Assembly: GCA_024679065.1 (NCBI GenBank) | Contig: JAGIQG010000010.1 | Span: 12,834,001 to 12,898,000, forward strand | Length of the DNA stretch: 64,000 nucleotides | Reading direction: 5' to 3' | Source of the DNA: Sphyrna mokarran | Lineage: Eukaryota | Shown: positions 62,001 through 64,000 of the stretch, one piece after another | How positions within the stretch are numbered: position 1 is the stretch's first letter | Layout: each line of letters begins with the position of its first letter | Program-made: the position numbers and the translations under genes | The notes under the pieces: model-generated | The model's database searches: none | The model's input: the letters and a program-made list of their open reading frames with translations, nothing else | What the model was told of the DNA's origin: nothing

Positions 62001-64000
62001 GAAGTGCCAATATTAACAAAGAAAGTGGTATGACATGCACACTAGGTACCTGCAATTGGACTGCTGGTAACAAACCAGAATAAATCTGGTTTGGTTGATA
62101 ACATCATAATCAACAGTACACCATTTAACTTTCACTTCAAAACACCCCTGTGTTGCTCAATTCCATTAACCCGTATGCTGCCATTTGTGAACAATTTGTG
62201 AGTTCAGATATTCTCACTACCAAGTGTGTTTTACTGAAGATTGCTTTACTGCATGCAAGCACAGTTTAATTTATTGGGTGTTAGGGTAAATTAATTCACT
62301 TGATGTGCGAACAAAAATTAGTTGCAAAAATACACTACATGCAAACACAGCATAGAAGTTATTAAAATGCAAGATTAACTATATTAATTTTGCTTGTGAC
62401 AAATTTGAAGCAGAATATGGATATGATTTAAATTTTCTTCTGTAAATAATTCAGTTTATATTACAGTGTGATATTGCCAAATGTTATCAAAATGCATTAC
62501 AAGTATTTTTACTTCACAAGAGAATTTAACCAGTTAAAAATACTTGATTCCATTCCTTTTAGCAAACATTTGCATTCCTGCCTTGACTATTGGTACAAGT
62601 TAATAGCCCAGGCTGCAAATCACTAAACATTCTTAGCAGCATTAATCGCAAAGCTGCTAGTAACACAAGCAAATATGTTGCGCTGATCTTTATTACTTCT
62701 ACTTTAATTTGTGGATTGTATATTTTCTTCATTTTTAATTTTGCAGAACATGGGATACATAGACTGCCATTCTGCAAATAAATATCTGCTGTAGAATCAC
62801 TTACTACTGGTTGGGGGAAGTGGGGCAGAGGGGAAGAGGTGGAGAAGAGAGAAGAGAGTGCTTGTGCTTTAATATTGTATTTCTCCATGATTTTTCCTGT
62901 TCTACTACATCATGAAAGATGTGGCATGGTTAGTATTATAGCCACAGTACAAGGTCATATAATACTAGTCTTGAGAAATAAAAGAAGCAAGGGAGTAAGA
63001 GGGAAAGAAAAGATGCACTGTCTTTTTTAATCATTTTAGATACAGTCCAAATCCATGTACAATCCCATGTTTTGGTTATCATTCATATAGTCAACAGGTG
63101 ATTTCCCAATCTAATAGCAATGCATTTACACTACAATTCTGGGCACAAACCAGTTAAGAGTGTTAAAATGTGCATGGCAAATTAAGATTTTTACTTGAGC
63201 CTTACAAGTCTATTATCCATTAGATTAAGGATAAACCTTACTCTTCCTGCACATCTCCTTTCATGGTCAACGTCATCTTAAACACTAAATCTTCTGACTA
63301 TTCTGACAATATCTTGCACAACTGTTAAAATGAGAATGCTGCACTGAAGCAGTCTGTATCAAATGACTCATTGTACAGTATCTTTTTATGCAATTAGCAG
63401 TGATTTGGCTGGCTCATTGATCAAATATTTCTTTTAAAAATATTCAGCTCCAATGTAGCCACTGGTAAAGAAATCAGGGCATCAAGTGTTCAGAAATGTA
63501 TTCAACACATCATGTCTCTTAATCACTGCTGAACGTCAGAACTTGAGGAAGCAGTTTTTCTTAGTGAACCAAAGAATCATCTTCCTCCTCTAACTAAGCA
63601 ATGTCAGAATTTGTGCTAAGCATTATCTGGTTAAATATTGCATTAGTTTTGTGCAGCATTATTTCTTCTGCATTTTAAATGAAAAAGTTCCTTGATGGAG
63701 AGAACATTCTGCCCTTCCCATCAATGAACTTTGTGGTCTTATTGAAGCATAGCCTCCCAAATGAGTGCTCTCTCTTCTTCAGAAATAAAGAAATTACAAT
63801 ATCATTCAGATTGTAACAGTTTAAAGTTAAGGCTAAAAGATACAAGCAAATAAATTTTAATTAATGCAGATTTTAGTAAATAGTGCGAAACAGTGCTCAC
63901 AGACAGCAAAGGGGTTAAATTGCCATAACAGGCATTTCATCATTGGCACCTTTACTTACATCAACAGGGACCAGAAGGCTCTTGCCCAGGTGTTGGTTAA
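468..64000 (-). CDS. MYCBP2: MYCBP2 E3 ubiquitin ligase, multi-exon, 5'-truncated by window edge (C-terminal part of the protein, including DOC/APC10, B-box-like, RING-H2 and tandem-cysteine domains)
   Basis: Minus-strand exon translations match vertebrate MYCBP2 peptides ([75 protein letters not shown]). All core exons are bounded by AG/GT (one GC donor) with consistent phases through to the stop codon. Confidence 0.98.
881..1097 (-). mobile_element. HE1-like SINE, 3' fragment
   Basis: tagaatccctacactgcaga tail and caatttagcatggccaatcc core shared with other copies in the window. Confidence 0.75.
1850..2250 (+). mobile_element. Decayed CR1-like LINE 3' fragment
   Basis: Degenerate match to the CR1 ORF2 end seen at 52510-53800 (ctgtatagaactttagtt..., gtggcctgttttctgtgctgta tail). 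Confidence 0.55.
2426..2591 (-). CDS. MYCBP2: MYCBP2 exon MCPKHG...LPHCPA(G), tandem-cysteine domain with downstream catalytic Cys
   Basis: cag|ATG acceptor, G|gtaat donor, 166 nt, phase 0 to 1. Confidence 0.97.
3195..3302 (-). CDS. MYCBP2: MYCBP2 exon [36 protein letters not shown] (upstream catalytic Cys)
   Basis: tag|GCG acceptor, CAG|gtatt donor, 108 nt. Confidence 0.97.
4260..4469 (-). CDS. MYCBP2: MYCBP2 exon [16 protein letters not shown]...[11 protein letters not shown]
   Basis: cag|AAC acceptor, AAG|gtaagt donor, 210 nt. Confidence 0.96.
4576..4683 (-). CDS. MYCBP2: MYCBP2 exon [12 protein letters not shown]...ACPICK (RING-H2 second half)
   Basis: aag|TTG acceptor, AAG|gtgaga donor, 108 nt. 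Confidence 0.96.
4971..5192 (+). mobile_element. HE1-like SINE, 3' half
   Basis: gtaggttaggaggattggcc...gctaaattgctccttagtg core and cagacttgatgggctgaactgcctccttctgc tail. Confidence 0.75.
5230..5620 (-). mobile_element. L2-like LINE 3' fragment
   Basis: Similar to 30560-30880 and 50455-50665 (gaccaaaagcttggttaaa...gggaattc) and to the reverse complement of 57100-57640. Confidence 0.5.
5951..6139 (-). CDS. MYCBP2: MYCBP2 exon [19 protein letters not shown]...[19 protein letters not shown] (RING first half)
   Basis: cag|GAA acceptor, CAG|gtaagc donor, 189 nt. Confidence 0.96.
6295..6398 (-). CDS. MYCBP2: MYCBP2 exon (G)[34 protein letters not shown]
   Basis: cag|GC acceptor, CAG|gtgagt donor, 104 nt, phase 1 to 0. 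Confidence 0.96.
7173..7199 (+). repeat. (ATT)n microsatellite
   Basis: attattattattattattattactact. Confidence 0.9.
7372..7545 (+). mobile_element. CR1-like LINE 3' end
   Basis: Encodes [18 protein letters not shown]. Similar to 17930-18085. Confidence 0.7.
9393..9525 (-). CDS. MYCBP2: MYCBP2 exon [44 protein letters not shown](G)
   Basis: cag|GTG acceptor, G|gtgaga donor, 133 nt. Confidence 0.96.
10386..10514 (-). CDS. MYCBP2: MYCBP2 exon [43 protein letters not shown] (B-box-like), GC donor
   Basis: tag|CCT acceptor. Ends CAG|gcaatg (non-canonical GC). 129 nt. Confidence 0.93.
10975..11090 (+). mobile_element. Penelope-like element 3' terminus
   Basis: gatgcagccagacttgctgaatttatccagcattttctgtttttatttctgatttctagcatctgca motif recurs at 12700, 24400, 25620, 26400 and 55500. 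Confidence 0.55.
11441..12400 (-). mobile_element. CR1-like LINE, 5'-truncated and decayed
   Basis: ORF 12069-12338 has an RT-like segment ([13 protein letters not shown]). The 3' tail is similar to the 52510 copy. Confidence 0.85.
12695..12790 (-). mobile_element. Penelope-like terminus fragment
   Basis: Close match to 25625-25725. Confidence 0.6.
13207..13308 (-). CDS. MYCBP2: MYCBP2 exon [34 protein letters not shown]
   Basis: cag|TTA acceptor, ATG|gtgagg donor, 102 nt. Confidence 0.96.
13425..13544 (-). CDS. MYCBP2: MYCBP2 exon [40 protein letters not shown]
   Basis: tag|GGC acceptor, AGG|gtaatg donor, 120 nt. Confidence 0.95.
14752..14848 (-). CDS. MYCBP2: MYCBP2 exon [32 protein letters not shown]
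   Basis: cag|C acceptor, GCA|gtaagt donor, 97 nt, phase 2 to 0. Confidence 0.95.
15700..15975 (+). mobile_element. LINE 3' fragment (L2/CR1 group)
   Basis: aagggcagcag...ctccaagttcctctc...catcctaacttgga...gctcaccatcacctt...tgctggcctt. The tail is shared with the SINE at 54680-54990. Confidence 0.6.
16336..16610 (-). CDS. MYCBP2: MYCBP2 exon [14 protein letters not shown]...TLPSVFNS(G)
   Basis: cag|GTG acceptor, GG|gtaagt donor, 275 nt. Confidence 0.96.
16793..17059 (-). CDS. MYCBP2: MYCBP2 exon [15 protein letters not shown]...[10 protein letters not shown]
   Basis: cag|GTA acceptor, CAG|gttggt donor, 267 nt. Confidence 0.96.
17930..18085 (+). mobile_element. CR1-like LINE 3' end
   Basis: ttttaaggggcatcttgacaaatacatgaatagg...gtcgaagggcctgttcctgtgctgta. 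Confidence 0.7.
18662..18739 (-). CDS. MYCBP2: MYCBP2 exon [26 protein letters not shown]
   Basis: aag|GCA acceptor, CAG|gtttga donor, 78 nt. Confidence 0.92.
18834..18923 (-). CDS. MYCBP2: MYCBP2 exon [30 protein letters not shown]
   Basis: cag|GTA acceptor, AAG|gtacaa donor, 90 nt. Followed by a 94-nt intron. Confidence 0.93.
19550..20230 (-). mobile_element. Decayed CR1-like LINE
   Basis: Similar to the 52510 copy (tgagatcattgctgatctg, gtgcccagaactgctcacaacactccaagtg). Confidence 0.75.
20264..20548 (+). mobile_element. HE1-like tRNA-derived SINE, tail type B
   Basis: A-box (ggcacagtg...) and B-box (gggttcgattcc), V-domain-like core, tail tgtggcgactagggg...gcctacttgtgactaataaa. Confidence 0.9.
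20698..20937 (-). CDS. MYCBP2: MYCBP2 exon [18 protein letters not shown]...[11 protein letters not shown] (DOC domain end)
   Basis: cag|ACT acceptor, CAG|gtatgt donor, 240 nt. Confidence 0.96.
21244..21321 (+). repeat. 38-bp tandem duplication (2 copies)
   Basis: atttgaccccagatcctttgactctgggactacatcat repeated with 1 mismatch. Confidence 0.95.
21479..21544 (-). CDS. MYCBP2: MYCBP2 exon [22 protein letters not shown] (DOC domain)
   Basis: cag|AAC acceptor, CAG|gtaaga donor, 66 nt. Confidence 0.94.
22180..22404 (-). CDS. MYCBP2: MYCBP2 exon [13 protein letters not shown]...HVDNSRDLG (DOC/APC10 domain start); tandem acceptor could extend to 22407
   Basis: cagcag|GAG acceptor, GGG|gtaaga donor, 225 nt. 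[12 protein letters not shown] motif is typical of DOC domains. Confidence 0.95.
23030..23230 (+). mobile_element. LF-SINE-like ancient SINE remnant
   Basis: Degenerate similarity, from memory, to the LF-SINE consensus (ctgtgctg...gatctcag..., gggtgaggaaaagactgggctc). Confidence 0.35.
23406..23562 (-). CDS. MYCBP2: MYCBP2 exon (R)[52 protein letters not shown]
   Basis: tag|A acceptor, CAG|gtaaaa donor, 157 nt, phase 2 to 0. Confidence 0.96.
23679..23938 (+). mobile_element. HE1-like SINE, tail type B
   Basis: ccccgtgtctgcatgggtttcctccaggtgct core and gactaggattttcacagtaac...gcctacttg tail. Confidence 0.85.
24846..25120 (-). mobile_element. HE1-like SINE, tail type A
   Basis: Reverse complement of the head (gtgctaaccactgtgccaccgtgc), the core and the tagaatcc tail. 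Confidence 0.9.
25590..26100 (-). mobile_element. Penelope-like retroelement 3' portion
   Basis: gctggaaaatctcagcagatctggcagcatctg terminus plus an upstream ctgaaattgttgaattcaatgttgag segment. Confidence 0.6.
26110..26455 (+). mobile_element. Penelope-like 3' portion, inverted relative to 25590-26100
   Basis: Reverse-complement match to 25624-25850. Includes a (CA)n tract. Confidence 0.6.
26671..26985 (-). mobile_element. HE1-like SINE, tail type A
   Basis: Head, core and catagaatc tail on the minus strand. Confidence 0.9.
27124..27284 (-). CDS. MYCBP2: MYCBP2 exon [53 protein letters not shown](R)
   Basis: cag|GAA acceptor, CG|gtaggt donor, 161 nt. Confidence 0.96.
28646..28795 (-). CDS. 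MYCBP2: MYCBP2 exon [26 protein letters not shown]...KENIEQ
   Basis: cag|GCC acceptor, CAG|gttggt donor, 150 nt. Confidence 0.95.
28990..29189 (-). CDS. MYCBP2: MYCBP2 exon (E)[16 protein letters not shown]...[10 protein letters not shown]
   Basis: cag|AA acceptor, GAG|gtcagt donor, 200 nt. Confidence 0.96.
30230..30512 (+). mobile_element. HE1-like SINE, tail type B
   Basis: ggtggcagagtgattagcactgctgc head, core, and gtgtggtgacttggggg...taagcttactagtgac tail. Confidence 0.9.
30560..30880 (-). mobile_element. L2-like LINE 3' fragment
   Basis: gaccaaaagcttggtt...gcttagggcctaggcagctg, recurring in the window. Confidence 0.55.
32010..32545 (+). mobile_element. Decayed Penelope-like fragment
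   Basis: caggtgaagcacagatttgc...aagttgaaggaactgcattgcatcttttgattaggcactctaca, ending in the shared ccagcatattctgtttttatttcaga terminus. Confidence 0.45.
32666..32823 (-). CDS. MYCBP2: MYCBP2 exon (S)[32 protein letters not shown]...RRRVNSGDA
   Basis: cag|C acceptor, G|gtgaga donor, 158 nt, phase 2 to 1. Confidence 0.95.
32923..33090 (-). CDS. MYCBP2: MYCBP2 exon (R)[36 protein letters not shown]...LKSMPP
   Basis: tag|A acceptor, AG|gtaatt donor, 168 nt, phase 2 to 2. Confidence 0.94.
33826..34146 (+). mobile_element. HE1-like SINE, near full length, tail type A
   Basis: gggtggcacagtggttagcactgctgcctcacagc, B-box gggttcaattcc, core, and tail ctgcactgtagattctatgattc. Confidence 0.92.
35740..35928 (-). 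mobile_element. HE1-like SINE 3' fragment
   Basis: Reverse complement of the 33960-34146 portion. Confidence 0.85.
36205..36440 (-). mobile_element. DeuSINE (SacSINE1/AmnSINE-like) remnant
   Basis: Degenerate reverse match to the Deu-domain pattern (ttgagggatgaaca..., cctcaatttaacatttca, gtgtcagcctagatt). Confidence 0.5.
36581..36825 (-). CDS. MYCBP2: MYCBP2 exon [30 protein letters not shown]...CLYLQTLA(R)
   Basis: cag|GTG acceptor, AG|gtaaag donor, 245 nt. Confidence 0.96.
37580..37995 (+). mobile_element. Rex1/Babar-like LINE 3' end with nested CR1-tail insertion
   Basis: Encodes [12 protein letters not shown]...(insert)...[17 protein letters not shown]. 3'UTR ends aataataaatcaaatca. 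Confidence 0.7.
38730..39025 (-). mobile_element. HE1-like SINE, tail type B
   Basis: tttattagtgtcacaaataggcttaca tail and core/head on the minus strand. Confidence 0.88.
39334..39503 (-). CDS. MYCBP2: MYCBP2 exon (G)[25 protein letters not shown]...KQAAAREK
   Basis: aag|GT acceptor, AAG|gtatgt donor, 170 nt. Confidence 0.96.
39870..40095 (+). mobile_element. DeuSINE (SacSINE1/AmnSINE-like) remnant
   Basis: gcagtactgaggga...ctttcagatgagatgttaaac...attatctggtcatt...tttgtgggatcttgct follows the Deu-domain consensus as I recall it. Confidence 0.65.
40255..40635 (-). mobile_element. CR1-like LINE 3' fragment
   Basis: ORF 40434-40625 ([17 protein letters not shown]) resembles the CR1 ORF2 C-terminus. 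Tail ggagcaggaataggccattt. Confidence 0.8.
40985..41027 (+). repeat. G43 homopolymer
   Basis: 43 uninterrupted G. Confidence 0.95.
41526..43169 (-). CDS. MYCBP2: MYCBP2 large 1644-nt exon (Ser/Pro/Lys-rich region through ...[12 protein letters not shown])
   Basis: Lies within ORF 41518-43203. ttttcag|GT acceptor, G|gtaact donor. Conserved blocks include [36 protein letters not shown]. Confidence 0.97.
43498..43710 (+). mobile_element. HE1-like SINE, 3'-truncated
   Basis: gggtagcacagtggttag head, gggttcgattcc B-box, core. Confidence 0.88.
43946..44262 (-). mobile_element. HE1-like SINE, tail type A
   Basis: Near full-length reverse copy. Confidence 0.9.
44566..44667 (-). CDS. MYCBP2: MYCBP2 cassette exon, 102 nt, [34 protein letters not shown]
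   Basis: tcttcctctgtag|AC acceptor, AAG G|gtgggt donor, symmetric phase 1, open frame. Resembles (from memory) a mammalian alternative peptide SRNLASRERIYK. Confidence 0.8.
45120..45281 (-). CDS. MYCBP2: MYCBP2 cassette exon, 162 nt, (G)[53 protein letters not shown]
   Basis: cag|GT acceptor, A|gtaagt donor, symmetric phase 1. Matches the known vertebrate isoform peptide [12 protein letters not shown]...[12 protein letters not shown]. Confidence 0.92.
46444..46560 (-). CDS. Candidate 117-nt cassette exon [39 protein letters not shown]
   Basis: ttatgtag|TT acceptor, AGA G|gtagtc donor, symmetric phase 1, no stop. No homology recognised. Confidence 0.3.
48058..48320 (+). mobile_element. HE1-like SINE, 5'-truncated
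   Basis: tggagtttgcacaatctcc core through gattctatcattcta tail. Confidence 0.85.
48903..48947 (-). CDS. MYCBP2: Probable MYCBP2 45-nt cassette mini-exon (D)[14 protein letters not shown]
   Basis: gtcttttttaaag|AT acceptor, consensus CCTG|gtaagt donor, symmetric phase 1, open frame. Confidence 0.7.
49997..50080 (+). mobile_element. SINE 3' fragment (same family as 54680-54990)
   Basis: aatgtggttgactctcaactgccc...gggcaactagggttgagcaataaatactggcc. Confidence 0.6.
50455..50665 (-). mobile_element. L2-like LINE 3' fragment
   Basis: ggttttaaggagcaccttcaa...aaattccagaactta. Similar to the 30560 copy. Confidence 0.5.
50920..51045 (-). CDS. MYCBP2: MYCBP2 exon (E)[41 protein letters not shown]
   Basis: cag|AG acceptor, AAA G|gtgtgc donor, 126 nt, phase 1 to 1. 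Confidence 0.93.
51657..51852 (+). mobile_element. HE1-like SINE 3' half
   Basis: ggccatggtaaaattgccccttagt...gtgcagactcaatgggc...atgattctatga. Confidence 0.85.
52510..53800 (-). mobile_element. CR1 LINE, 5'-truncated, frameshifted reverse-transcriptase ORF2
   Basis: ORFs 53354-53584 ([29 protein letters not shown]), 53050-53253 ([13 protein letters not shown]) and 52609-53019. Short-repeat 3' tail (ataagaacataagaa on +). Confidence 0.95.
54072..54204 (-). CDS. MYCBP2: MYCBP2 exon [44 protein letters not shown]
   Basis: cag|GTG acceptor, G|gtaggt donor, 133 nt. Confidence 0.96.
54495..55786. mobile_element. Non-autonomous TIR DNA transposon (PIF/Harbinger-like) with nested insertions
   Basis: TIRs gagctggaatttgctg / cagcaaattccagccc (15/16 match). 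3-bp direct repeat aat on both flanks (54492-54494, 55787-55789). Confidence 0.6.
54680..54990 (-). mobile_element. tRNA-derived SINE nested in the TIR element
   Basis: agcatttattgaccatccctaattg tail, ctggagtcacatgtagacc body and ggatttgaagcc B-box-like head on the minus strand. Confidence 0.65.
56536..56760 (-). CDS. MYCBP2: MYCBP2 exon [12 protein letters not shown]...[43 protein letters not shown]
   Basis: ttccag|GAG acceptor, GAG|gtatgg donor, 225 nt. Confidence 0.95.
57100..57640 (+). mobile_element. Decayed L2-like LINE
   Basis: gctgaaactctcatttatgcctttgttatttctaggctcaactattccaat encodes [16 protein letters not shown], typical of the L2 ORF2 C-terminus. Confidence 0.7.
58000..58790 (-). 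mobile_element. Decayed CR1-like LINE
   Basis: cccagaattggacacattg..., cattcttcctaccaaaatg segments similar to other CR1 copies. Confidence 0.55.
59217..59291 (-). pseudogene. MYCBP2: 75-nt MYCBP2 cassette exon with in-frame stop: [24 protein letters not shown] (poison or decayed exon)
   Basis: tag|ATT acceptor, CAG|gtaagt donor, symmetric phase 0, TAA at 59259-59261. Same length and similar sequence as a 25-aa mammalian alternative peptide recalled as NIFNASQGVRDLDVFSWTSKAFFPQ. Confidence 0.75.
63960..64000 (-). CDS. MYCBP2: MYCBP2 exon, 3' end only (...[13 protein letters not shown])
   Basis: GAT|gtaagt donor at 63958-63959. Peptide matches vertebrate MYCBP2. Confidence 0.93.

Overview
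Eukaryotic (vertebrate) genomic DNA, about 64 kb, AT-rich. It holds the 3' part of a single gene on the minus strand: MYCBP2 (PHR-family RING-Cys-relay E3 ubiquitin ligase; PAM/Phr1/Highwire/RPM-1 orthologue). The gene enters at the right edge (...[13 protein letters not shown]) and ends at TAA 468-470 (...CRNAHTF*), followed by partial 3'UTR. I reconstructed by hand 32 phase-consistent core coding exons plus several frame-preserving cassette exons. The introns carry repeats typical of sharks (HE1/V-SINE-like SINEs, CR1, L2, Rex1/Babar, Penelope-like, DeuSINE-like), so the source is very probably a cartilaginous fish (inference). I see no prokaryotic system, CRISPR array or RNA gene, and no new biological system. 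The most notable features are: (1) a 75-nt cassette exon with good splice sites and an in-frame TAA; (2) an obligatory GC-AG intron; (3) a cluster of symmetric phase-1 cassette exons upstream of the 1644-nt exon; (4) a TIR/TSD-bounded element that carries a copy of a neighbouring host 3' splice-site region; (5) closely spaced inverted repeats that could form dsRNA. Comparisons with human protein sequence and repeat-family names are from memory, not database searches. Repeat boundaries are approximate.
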